NCBI GenBank assembly: GCA_047601445.1
Contig: JASGJH010000001.1
Location: 7,168,001 to 7,232,000 of the forward strand
Reading direction: 5' to 3'
Origin: Myxococcales bacterium
Lineage (GTDB): Bacteria > Myxococcota_A > Polyangia > Polyangiales > DASUME01
DNA length: 64,000 nt
This document shows positions 19,713 to 30,705 of this stretch, piece after piece. Position numbers and translations under genes: made by a program. The notes beneath the pieces are model-generated. The model searched no databases. It was not told the DNA's origin and worked only from the letters and a program-made list of their open reading frames with translations. Every line of letters starts with the position of its first letter. Position 1 is the first letter of the stretch.

Positions 19713-21611
19713 ATGCTTCGCTCTTCCTTGACCCTGCCACTCGCCCTGGCTCTGGGCTTCGCCGCCGCTTGTTCGTCCGACCCACCGCTGCAAGTCGATC
19801 GCGGCCCGATCGAACCTGGCGACGGCGATGGCGATCAGCACAACGACGAGGACGACCACCCGCGCGGTGATGGCGACGCGGAGGACGCGGGACAGGGCCA
19901 GCCCGATGCGGGTCCGGTGAAGCACGGGCCTACCCCGGTGACACTCGCGGAGTGCACGGCGGCCAGCGCAGGACTCAGTGCGGATCGCCTGAACAAGCTG
20001 CGTGCAGGCGGCGAGCTCGGCGACATGCGCTTCATCTATCCCTACGATGGGACAGTCTTCCCGCGCGGTCTCGCGGCGCCTGTGCTGATGTGGAAGAGCA
20101 GCGACACGGAGCAGGCCGACGCGGTGTACGTGCACATCAAGTCGAGCTGGTTCGAGTATTCGGGGTGTATGAAGCCCGATGCCAAGGGACGCATCGCGCT
20201 GCCGCAAGAAGTGTGGGAGCAGGCGGGCGCGCAGAGTCCAGGCAAGAGCGATCCATTCAGCGTCGAGCTCAGCGCCATTCGCGGCAGCATGGTGCGCGGT
20301 CCCCTCACGCAGTCCATCATCATCGCGCCGGCCAGCCTCAAGGGCTCGGTCTTCTACAACAGCTATAGCTCTCCGTTGGCTATGTCCAAGGGAGCGCCGG
20401 GTGGTGCGGTGCTGCGCATTCCATCGGGCGGCGAGGCCGAGGTGTTCCTGGGGCAAACCGGCTGCGTGGGTTGCCACTCGGTGTCGGCGCACGGCAATCG
20501 CCTGGTGGTGTCGGCCTCGGAAGTAGACGGCGTGTACAAGCTCGAGCCCAAGGGCGCGGTGAACCCGCCCGCCCTGCGCGGCAACAGCTACGGCAACGTG
20601 GGCCTCACGCCCGACGGAACCATCTTCGTGGCCGAGGGCTCGATGTTCGAGACCGACACCGGCGATATGATCGGCGACGCGGGGCTGCCGCTCTACGCCC
20701 ATGAAGGCAACTTCTCGCCCGACGGCAAGCAGCTCACCTTCGTCGACTACGATTCCGACGCCGGTGTCTCCGTGCTCGCAAGCATGAGTTGGGATCAAGG
20801 GGCGCGGAAGCTTGGGGACTACAAGAGCCTGATGAAGTCCACGGTGGACGCCCAGGGCATGATGCAACCCAACATCGAATGGCCCACGTTCCTGCCCGAC
20901 AGCAAGGCCGTTATCTTCGCCGACATCAACAAGAACGACCTCTTCATCACCGATGTGGCCACCGGCAAGGTCACGCTGCTCGCGCGCGCCGTGGGCTTCA
21001 AGTCGACGAGCGACGCCGCGCAGGACACCACGACGTATTTGCCGTTCGGCGCCGACGAGCTGCACCAGTCGTACTATCCGACCGTCGCGCCGGTGGCCGC
21101 GGGCGGCTACTTCTGGGTCTTCTTCGATACCAGCCGGCACTACGGTAACTTCGACACCACCAAGATCGATCCCGTGGCTCCGCAGCCACCCGTGGTCGTG
21201 CCCGTAGATCCGTTGTGCGCGGCGTTGCCCTTCCTGTGTCCTGATCCCGTGCCGGTGGATCCGGGGCCATCGACGCCTGCAGTCCAGTCGCGACAGCTCT
21301 GGGTCACGGCCATCGAGATCTCTCCCGACGGCAGCTACACGAGCGACCCGAGCGCGCCCGCGTTCTACCTGCCCGGACAGGAGATCGGCGCCAACAACCA
21401 TCGCGCGTTCGCGGCGCTCGATCCGTGCCTGCCGAACGGACAGAGCTGCGAGAGCGGCACGGAGTGCTGCGAGGGCTACTGCACGGAGGGCGTCTGTTCG
21501 GGGCCCACGGACAGCTGTTCCAAGACCGAAGAAGCCTGCGACACGAGCGCGGATTGCTGCGACGAACAGGACCGCTGTATCAATGGTTTCTGCAGCTTCG
21601 TGCTGTTGTGA
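19713..21611 (+). CDS. Lipoprotein with TolB/PD40-like propeller and Cys-rich C-terminus
   Basis: Lipobox FAAAC, IYPYDGTVFPRG, CVGCH, FSPDGKQL, PTFLPDSK, YFWVFF...R.YGN, and two C-terminal C..(x)..CC...C modules. Confidence 0.8.
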   Translation: MLRSSLTLPLALALGFAAACSSDPPLQVDRGPIEPGDGDGDQHNDEDDHPRGDGDAEDAGQGQPDAGPVKHGPTPVTLAECTAASAGLSADRLNKLRAGGELGDMRFIYPYDGTVFPRGLAAPVLMWKSSDTEQADAVYVHIKSSWFEYSGCMKPDAKGRIALPQEVWEQAGAQSPGKSDPFSVELSAIRGSMVRGPLTQSIIIAPASLKGSVFYNSYSSPLAMSKGAPGGAVLRIPSGGEAEVFLGQTGCVGCHSVSAHGNRLVVSASEVDGVYKLEPKGAVNPPALRGNSYGNVGLTPDGTIFVAEGSMFETDTGDMIGDAGLPLYAHEGNFSPDGKQLTFVDYDSDAGVSVLASMSWDQGARKLGDYKSLMKSTVDAQGMMQPNIEWPTFLPDSKAVIFADINKNDLFITDVATGKVTLLARAVGFKSTSDAAQDTTTYLPFGADELHQSYYPTVAPVAAGGYFWVFFDTSRHYGNFDTTKIDPVAPQPPVVVPVDPLCAALPFLCPDPVPVDPGPSTPAVQSRQLWVTAIEISPDGSYTSDPSAPAFYLPGQEIGANNHRAFAALDPCLPNGQSCESGTECCEGYCTEGVCSGPTDSCSKTEEACDTSADCCDEQDRCINGFCSFVLL

Positions 21612-21740
21612 CGCGGCGTAATCGGCATTGTTGCTACCAGCGCTTCGTCCCCGCGTGCCTGGTTGCGTGGCTTCCAAAACCTGTGAGCAGGCGCAAGCTG
21701 GTGTGCCTACCCGGCGAGCTCACGTGATAGGCTGCGCCTG

Positions 21741-22475
21741 ATGCTTGGTCTCTCGGGCGCCCGGCCCAGCTCTGTAGTGCGACTGTCCCTGCTGTTGTGG
21801 GCCAGCTCGCAAGCAGGCTGCTTTCTGCTGGGGTACGAGGGCATCGCCGGCAGCCTGGACGCGGGCATGACCTCCGATACGGGCACCACGGACGCCTCCG
21901 AGCTGCCAGTGAACGACGGCGCGATCGCCAGCGATGCCGGTGAGGGCGATCTCGATGCAGGTCATGGAGATGCCGGTACTGACGCGGGCCAGGTGGTCGA
22001 CGCGGGCGCAGACTCGGGGGCGCCGCCGCTGAGGGACGGCTGGTGGAAGGGCACGGAACCCACCACGTCTTGCTCGGGCTTGCCCGGAGCGGTCTGCACG
22101 CAGACTTGTCCGACCACCGCCACCGCGCCCTGCGTGTTTGAATGCAGCGCCATCGCGTCGTGTGCCTCTGCCTGCGAGTACGGTTCGCAGTGCTACTCGG
22201 AGTGCGGCACGATCGCCAACTGCAGCCACAACTGCAACGCAGGGGCTGAGTGCTGGTACGTGGCGAAGTCGAGCTACGCCAACGTCACCTGCGAGTACAA
22301 CTCCGTGTGCGACGTGACCTGTCCCGCCAACGTCGGCTGCAACGTGACCTGCGTCGTCGGCGCCTCGTGCCTCCTCGACTGTTCGGGCGGGCTCACTTGC
22401 AACATGGACTGCAAGAGTGGCATCAAGGCCAGCTGCCCTGATGGCACTGTAGTGTGTGATCACGCTTGTCCGTAG
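21741..22475 (+). CDS. Cys-rich probable lipoprotein
   Basis: Possible lipobox QAGC, a DAG-rich linker, then many tandem C-x3-C-x5-C repeats. Confidence 0.7.
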   Translation: MLGLSGARPSSVVRLSLLLWASSQAGCFLLGYEGIAGSLDAGMTSDTGTTDASELPVNDGAIASDAGEGDLDAGHGDAGTDAGQVVDAGADSGAPPLRDGWWKGTEPTTSCSGLPGAVCTQTCPTTATAPCVFECSAIASCASACEYGSQCYSECGTIANCSHNCNAGAECWYVAKSSYANVTCEYNSVCDVTCPANVGCNVTCVVGASCLLDCSGGLTCNMDCKSGIKASCPDGTVVCDHACP

Positions 22476-22543
22476 AGAGCCGCGAGCGGCTATCGGCCAT
22501 GGATGGCCGCACGCCGATTGCGGATAGCCGCACGCAGAGAGCC

Positions 22544-22570
22544 GCTGGCGGATGGCCGCCGGCTTTTTTT
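22544..22570 (+). terminator. Probable Rho-independent terminator
   Basis: Hairpin GCTGGCGG-ATGG-CCGCCGGC followed by a run of 7 T, downstream of 21741..22475 and between convergent genes. Confidence 0.7.
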
Positions 22571-24401
22571 ACCCGGGCTCGGGCTCCCGCCCGGCGCCTG
22601 ACAGCGCAGCAGCGGCTTCTTCGTTGAGGGCCTGGCCAGCGCGCTGGGGGGTGGTGAACGGCTGAGGTTTGGGGGCGTTGCCCAGGATGAGCGCAGAGCC
22701 TGCGGAAAGGCCCGCGGTGAGTTCCAGTGCCCTGCGCTCAGCGTCGCGCTTGCGCACTTGCGCCACCACTTCTTCGGCCTCGAGATCCGGCACTCCCAGC
22801 GCCTTCAACGCGGCCTCACCGAACGCCATGGCAGACTCGAAGGTCTCGCGGATCTGGAAATCCACCTCCTTGCCCAGCAGCTCCAGCGCATGCTCGCGAT
22901 CGAAGGAGCGCACCAGCAGCTTGGCCTGGCCGAACTCGGCTTTGGTCAGGTCGACGATCTTATTGATGGCGGCGCGATTGTCGATGCAGACGGCGATGGC
23001 GTTGGCCTTGCCGGCGCCCGAGGCGCGCAGCACGTCGAGGCGTGAGCCGTCGCCATAGTAGACCTTGAACCCGAACTCGGCCGCGCTGCGGATCATCTCC
23101 GTATCGGTGTCGATGATGGAGACGTCGAGTCCGCGCGCGAGGAAGGCCTGACTCACGACCTGACCGAAGCGACCGAAGCCGATCAAGAGCACGCTCCCGC
23201 CGAGTCCGTCGGCGAGCTCGATGCCCTCCATGGACTCCTCTTCTTTGGCAGCAAGCAAGCGCAGCGCGAACATGCCGAGCGGCGTGAGGGCCATCGACAC
23301 GATCACGATGGCGGCCAGCACCGCATTGGTGCGCGCGTCGAGCACCCCTCCAGCCAGCGCGGCTCCGTAGAGCACGAAGGCGAACTCGCCGCCCTGGGCC
23401 AACAGCGTCGACCGATACAGCGCCTCGTTGTGCGAGGCGTGGCCGAGCCGCGCCACCGTGTAGATACCGGCGGACTTGAGCACCCGCATGGCGAGCACGC
23501 CGCCCACGATCCAGGGCCAGTCGCGCGCGAAGACGGATAGATCGAGCGACATGCCCACGCCCAGGAAGAACAAGCCGAGCAGGATGCCGCGGAAGGGTTC
23601 GATGTCGGCCTCGAGTTGGTGGCGAAAGCTCGACTCGGACAGGAGCACGCCCGCCAGGAAGGCACCCATGGCCATGGAGAGCCCGCCTGCCTGCATCAAG
23701 AGCCCGGAGCCGAGCACCACCAACAGTGCGGCAGCAGTCATCACCTCGCGTGCTTCGGCGCGCGCCAGCAGGCGGAACATGGGGCTCAACAAGAAGCGCC
23801 CCGCGAAGACCAGGCCGAACACGGCGGCGAGGCCAATCAGGATGCCGAGCCAGCGCTGCTGATGGGTGACCTCTTCCTGTGGCGAGAGCCAGGCCACCAG
23901 CGCCAATAGCGGCACGATGGCGAGATCCTCGAACAGCAGGATAGAGACCACGCGTTGTCCACGCGGCGTGCCGGTCTCCCCGCGCTCCTCCATGACTTGC
24001 ATGGCGATGGCCGTGGACGACAGCACGAAGCCCATGCCACCGATGCACGCCACGGCGGGCGTCAGGCCCAGCGCGCAGCCCGCGCCCGTGATCAGCGCCC
24101 CGCACACGCCCACTTGCAGCGCGCCCAGGCCGAAAATCTCGCGTCGCATGCTCCACAGGCGCGCCGGCTCCATCTCGAGCCCGATCACGAACAGGAACAT
24201 CACCACGCCCAGCTCGGCCACGTGCAGGATGGAGTTGGGGTCCGTGAACAGCCGCAAACCGAACGGGCCGATCGCCAGACCCGCCGCCAGGTAACCCAGC
24301 ACCGAGCCGAGTCCCAGGCGCTTGAACACCGGCACCGCCACCACCCCCGCGCCGAGCAGGGCGACCACCTGGGCCAGATCATTTCCCGAGTGTGCCGACA
24401 T
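22569..24401 (-). CDS. CPA2-family K+/H+ antiporter (KefB/KefC-like) with TrkA-N domain
   Basis: LGSVLGYLAAG, AELGVVMFLF.IGLE, LLFEDLA, FRHQLEADIEPFRGILLGLFF, QGGEFAFV, GFGRFGQ and YYGDGSRLDVL. Confidence 0.93.
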   Translation of the reverse strand: MSAHSGNDLAQVVALLGAGVVAVPVFKRLGLGSVLGYLAAGLAIGPFGLRLFTDPNSILHVAELGVVMFLFVIGLEMEPARLWSMRREIFGLGALQVGVCGALITGAGCALGLTPAVACIGGMGFVLSSTAIAMQVMEERGETGTPRGQRVVSILLFEDLAIVPLLALVAWLSPQEEVTHQQRWLGILIGLAAVFGLVFAGRFLLSPMFRLLARAEAREVMTAAALLVVLGSGLLMQAGGLSMAMGAFLAGVLLSESSFRHQLEADIEPFRGILLGLFFLGVGMSLDLSVFARDWPWIVGGVLAMRVLKSAGIYTVARLGHASHNEALYRSTLLAQGGEFAFVLYGAALAGGVLDARTNAVLAAIVIVSMALTPLGMFALRLLAAKEEESMEGIELADGLGGSVLLIGFGRFGQVVSQAFLARGLDVSIIDTDTEMIRSAAEFGFKVYYGDGSRLDVLRASGAGKANAIAVCIDNRAAINKIVDLTKAEFGQAKLLVRSFDREHALELLGKEVDFQIRETFESAMAFGEAALKALGVPDLEAEEVVAQVRKRDAERRALELTAGLSAGSALILGNAPKPQPFTTPQRAGQALNEEAAAALSGAGREPEPG

Positions 24402-25846
24402 CAGCGCGCTCCGAATTCGCTGGCGATGCCCGCGAGCACGGCGGCCGGGGCGCGCACGCGAATGCGGGTGCCCTCGTCTTCGTAGTTCTCCTCGAGCACG
24501 CGGCAGCGCTCGTGCAGCATGGCCACGAAACGCTGCTCACTGTAGGGGATCAAGAACTCCTGCTCGCCCATGCTCTGTTCGAAGTGGGCCACGATCCGCT
24601 CGTGCAGGCGGCGCACGTCTTCGGGGTCTTTGGCCGACAGCATGAGGGCCTGGGGGAACTCCGCTTCCAGGGCCTTGCGGGTGGCCTCGTCGAGCTTGTC
24701 GGACTTGTTGAGCACGAGCAGTGACGCGTTGTCGCCAGCTGCGATTTCCGCCAGCACTTCGCGTGTCACCTGATACTGGTCGCGGAACGCCGGGTCCGAA
24801 CCGTCGACCAAATGCAGGAGCAAGCTGGCGTCGCGTGCCTCCTCGAGGGTGGAGCGGAAGGAGGCCACCAGGTCGTGAGGTAGCTTCTTGATGAAGCCGA
24901 CGGTATCGGAGACCAGGATGCGCGGGCGCGTCTCGGGCTTGAGGGCACGCACCGTGGTGTCGAGCGTGGCGAACAGCTGATCGGCCACGTAGACCTCGTC
25001 GCCGGTCAAGGCGCGCATGAGCGAGGATTTGCCCGCATTCGTGTAGCCCACGAGCGCCACCGTATGAGAATCGGTCTGCGTCCGGCGGCTGCGGCGCGTG
25101 TCGGCCTCGCGCTTCACATTCTCGAGCTCACGTCGCAGCTCGGCGATGCGATCGCGGACGCGCCGCCGATCGAGCTCGAGCGCGGACTCGCCAGCGCCGC
25201 GCCCACCGATGCCGCCCCGTTGACGGTCCTGGCCCGCGCTGGCCTCACGCATGCGCGGCGCCATGTAGTTGAGGCGCGCGATCTCCACCTGCATGCGGGC
25301 CTCGCGCGTGCGCGCATGGCGCTGGAAGATGGAGAGGATCACCATCGAGCGGTCGAGCACGTCGGCGCCGGTCGCCTTCTCCAGATTGCGCATCTGCGAA
25401 GGGGTGAGGTCGTGGTCCACCAAGACGAGCTCGGCTTGCTGTGAAGGACCGGGTGCGTCCGGGTCGAAGCCATCGTCGTCGTCATCGTGCTCGGAGCGCT
25501 CACGGGCAAGGGCGTCTTCGGCGCGGGCCTGGGCCAGCTCTTGCTCGGGGTCGGCCTCCTTGCGCTTCCCAGGTGGCGCGTAGGTCGGTACGAAGCCGGG
25601 CCCTCCCGTGTAGGCGGCGATCTGCCTCAGCTTGCCCGCACCCACCACGGCTGCGGCGGCGAGGGCGCCGCGGCGCTGCGTGACCTGGCCCACCACGGTG
25701 AGTCCGAGGGTATCGGCCAATCGCGCGAGTTCTTTGAGGGAGGCCTGGAACGCCTCGTCCGAGACATCGGGCAATTGCACGCCCACGATGAGCGCGGGAG
25801 GTCGGGGGCCTTCGGTGGTGCGGAGGGTAGAACCAGAACTGGACAT
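24401..25846 (-). CDS. hflX: Ribosome-splitting GTPase HflX
   Basis: IFQRHARTREA.MQVE.ARL.Y, G1 GYTNAGKSS, LFATLDTT, DTVGFI and NKSD. Its stop overlaps the antiporter start (TGATG). Confidence 0.95.
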   Translation of the reverse strand: MSSSGSTLRTTEGPRPPALIVGVQLPDVSDEAFQASLKELARLADTLGLTVVGQVTQRRGALAAAAVVGAGKLRQIAAYTGGPGFVPTYAPPGKRKEADPEQELAQARAEDALARERSEHDDDDDGFDPDAPGPSQQAELVLVDHDLTPSQMRNLEKATGADVLDRSMVILSIFQRHARTREARMQVEIARLNYMAPRMREASAGQDRQRGGIGGRGAGESALELDRRRVRDRIAELRRELENVKREADTRRSRRTQTDSHTVALVGYTNAGKSSLMRALTGDEVYVADQLFATLDTTVRALKPETRPRILVSDTVGFIKKLPHDLVASFRSTLEEARDASLLLHLVDGSDPAFRDQYQVTREVLAEIAAGDNASLLVLNKSDKLDEATRKALEAEFPQALMLSAKDPEDVRRLHERIVAHFEQSMGEQEFLIPYSEQRFVAMLHERCRVLEENYEDEGTRIRVRAPAAVLAGIASEFGAR

Positions 25847-25922
25847 CAGGCGGGCACGATGGCTATGCGGCGCGCTTTGCGCAAGCAGGAGCTCGGACCC
25901 TGCGGCATGCTTCAGCGATCCC

Positions 25923-26534
25923 ATGAGCGAGTTACCTGGCGTTTGCGCCTTCTTCCGCTCGCGCGCCCGAGAGCGCGCTTGGCCCCTCGGGCTGGGCCTC
26001 GCGGTGGCTTGCGGAGGGGCGCGCTACCGCCCGCCTGCGCCCGACGTTCCGCACGCGGACGTGCGTGTAGACGTGGTGTTCCACCGTGACTTCGAGTCCG
26101 AGTTGAGGCAGCGCGTGCGCATCGATGGGGGCGAGATTCAGTCGCCGCAGGGGGTGGCCGCCGTGCCGCGTTGGTCGCGTAGCCTCCGCGTGGAGCCCGG
26201 GGAGCACGAGCTCGCGTTTTGGTTACGTTTCGAACATGCCGACCTGGCCACCGAGTACATCAGGCCAGACCTCCCCGGCTGTCCCCCCGGTACCGCCACG
26301 GCCTACGTGATGAACGATTGCATCAACCAGGGGGCCCGCGCGCAGCCCACCTCGGTCTGGAACTGGATCCCCGATGCCGAGTGCGAACGCAAGCTCGCCT
26401 TCGTGGCGCGCGCGAACGACCAGCTCAGGGTCACGCTGCACTTCTACGGTCCGCCCAGCAGCGAGCGTCCTGCCTGCGAGGTCGTGTGCGAACGGCGCGG
26501 CAGCACGGAGCCCTGCCTCGGCGCTACTCGATAG
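25923..26534 (+). CDS. Hypothetical protein, possible lipoprotein
   Basis: LGLGLAVAC lipobox-like segment and protein-like composition (LRVEPGEHEL). Fills the gap between hflX and hppA. Confidence 0.6.
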   Translation: MSELPGVCAFFRSRARERAWPLGLGLAVACGGARYRPPAPDVPHADVRVDVVFHRDFESELRQRVRIDGGEIQSPQGVAAVPRWSRSLRVEPGEHELAFWLRFEHADLATEYIRPDLPGCPPGTATAYVMNDCINQGARAQPTSVWNWIPDAECERKLAFVARANDQLRVTLHFYGPPSSERPACEVVCERRGSTEPCLGATR

Positions 26535-26680
26535 GTCGAGGTCGAAGTGGCTCGCTTGGGAGAGAGGGCCCGCGTCAACCGCCAGCAGCAAGGCTCTTCG
26601 TGAGCGCGGCAGGCGGTGGGGACGCAGCCTTGCTGCGACGGGCGGGGAGGGCGCGTGCCCTCCCCGTCAAAAAGGCGCGA

Positions 26681-28759
<2,079 letters not shown>

Positions 28760-29037
28760 TCAGACACTCCTCGGCCCCAGGGACCGGAAGAAGCGCGCGG
28801 TCCAATCCGCGGCGCGAACCACATCCATCATCCCCTCGCTCCGCCGCGGTTTCCCCCGGCGCGGACGAGACAAATCGGCCGCCTACATCCCGCACTTCCC
28901 GGGCATGGTCAAGCGACCGGCGCGCCCGGGATAGCCTGATTTTGCACGTTGCGCTCGTGGCTTCGTGAGCTTTGCAGCCGGTATGCGTCGACCCAGGGCC
29001 CATGCTTCCTGGCGCGGATGGGCCTAAGCTGTGTCCG

Positions 29038-30705
29038 ATGGCGGTCAACCGTTCAGAGCTTCGCTGGAATGGCTGGGGGCGCGTGCGTGAATCGGTGGCC
29101 CTCTCCGAGCCCCAGCAGCTGGCCGTCGTGCAAGCCCTGGCCCAGCGCCTGGGGGTACCCCAGACCACCCGCAGGGCACCCGTGGCGATCGCCGACGTGG
29201 ATCTGCCGCCCTCTCGGCTCTCCCGGGGCATCCTGCTCGAGCTGGGTGAGGCCATCGGCCCCGATCTGGTTCGTACCAGTATGATCGAGCGGGCCCAGCA
29301 CGCCGCGGGCCGCAGCCTGCCCGATCTGTTGCGGCTCCGTTCCGGGAAGCTTGGCCGAGCGCCCGACGCGGTGCTCTACCCGGAGAACGCCCAGCAGATC
29401 GCCGCCATCCTGCGGCTGGCCAGGGAACACGCGCTCAGCGTCGTGCCCTTCGGCGGTGGCAGCAGCGTGGTCGGCGGCGTGGACCCGGTGTGTCCCCAGG
29501 GCAAGCGCGCCGTGTTGTCCCTCGATACCACGCGCCTGCACCGACTGATCGCGATCGACGACCAGAGCCTCACCGCCACCTTCGAGGCCGGCATCGATGG
29601 TCCCAGCCTGGAGGCCGAGCTCAACGCCCGCGGCTACACCCTGGGGCACTTTCCACAGTCATTCGAGCATTCCACCCTGGGCGGCTGGATCGCGGCGCGC
29701 TCCTCGGGGCAGCAGTCCGACGGCTACGGCGGCATCGATACGTTGCTGGTGAGTGCCAAGCTCGTGACTCCACGCGGAGAGCTCAGCACGCTCGGGGTCC
29801 CGCGCACGGCCACCGGACCCGACCTCAAGGAGTTCGTGCTCGGCTCCGAGGGCACCCTGGGCGTCATCGTGGAGGCCACCGTGCGCATCCGGCACCGGCC
29901 TGCCATCCACGACGTGCGCGGCATGCTGTTCCGGGACTTCGCCTCGGGCGTGCGCGCGATCCGGGCGCTGCAGGCAAGCGGCTTGCCCATGAGCATGATG
30001 CGGCTCTCCGACGCGCGTGAGACCGAGCTCTCGCTGCTGCTGCGCAGGGACCCCTCGCGCAGCTTCGATCTTACCGCGCATGTCATGCAAGGCGTGCGCG
30101 GGCTCGGCTACGGCGAGGGGCGCTGCGCGCTGCTGTTAAGCGTCGAGGGCGATGAGGCCGTGCGAGTCGAGGCCGAGATGTTGCGGGCGCAGGCCATCGG
30201 GGTGCGCCATGGGGGCTTGCCGCTGGGGAAGAAGCCTGGGGAGTCATGGAAGAAGGATCGCTTCCGGGCGCCCTACTTAAGAGATTTCTTGCTCGATCAC
30301 GGATTCGCCATCGACACCATGGAGACCGCCTTCAGCTGGTCCAAGCTCGAGGCCGGCCATGACCACGTGGTGCATGCCATGGCGGAGGCGGCGCGTGTGC
30401 ACGCTGGCGCGGGCTTCTCCATGGGCCACATCTCGCATAGCTACGCGGACGGCGCCTGCGTGTACTTCATCGTGCTGTATCCGCTCGCCGCCGAGGACGT
30501 GCTCGGGCAATGGCAAGCCATCAAGCGCGCCACCACGGACGCCATCGTGAAGAGCGGCGGCACCGTGTCCCATCATCACGGCGTGGGGCTCGATCACGTG
30601 CCCTGGATGGCGCAGGAGAAGGGCCAGCTGGGGCTCGCGGCCATCCGAGCGCTGCGCAATGCGTTCGATCCCGAGGGCATGATGAATCCGGGAAAGCTCG
30701 CGTGA
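29038..30705 (+). CDS. Alkyl-dihydroxyacetonephosphate synthase-like FAD oxidoreductase (VAO family)
   Basis: RWNGWG, PFGGGSSVVGG, TLGHFPQSFEHSTLGGWIA.RSSGQ, GSEGTLG, HISHSY..GAC.YF, SHHHGVG and MNPGK. Confidence 0.88.
   Translation: MAVNRSELRWNGWGRVRESVALSEPQQLAVVQALAQRLGVPQTTRRAPVAIADVDLPPSRLSRGILLELGEAIGPDLVRTSMIERAQHAAGRSLPDLLRLRSGKLGRAPDAVLYPENAQQIAAILRLAREHALSVVPFGGGSSVVGGVDPVCPQGKRAVLSLDTTRLHRLIAIDDQSLTATFEAGIDGPSLEAELNARGYTLGHFPQSFEHSTLGGWIAARSSGQQSDGYGGIDTLLVSAKLVTPRGELSTLGVPRTATGPDLKEFVLGSEGTLGVIVEATVRIRHRPAIHDVRGMLFRDFASGVRAIRALQASGLPMSMMRLSDARETELSLLLRRDPSRSFDLTAHVMQGVRGLGYGEGRCALLLSVEGDEAVRVEAEMLRAQAIGVRHGGLPLGKKPGESWKKDRFRAPYLRDFLLDHGFAIDTMETAFSWSKLEAGHDHVVHAMAEAARVHAGAGFSMGHISHSYADGACVYFIVLYPLAAEDVLGQWQAIKRATTDAIVKSGGTVSHHHGVGLDHVPWMAQEKGQLGLAAIRALRNAFDPEGMMNPGKLA

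Noticed and set aside
28760..29037. Possible riboswitch upstream of hppA
   Set aside because: I recognise no conserved aptamer; an Rfam/Infernal scan would be needed.
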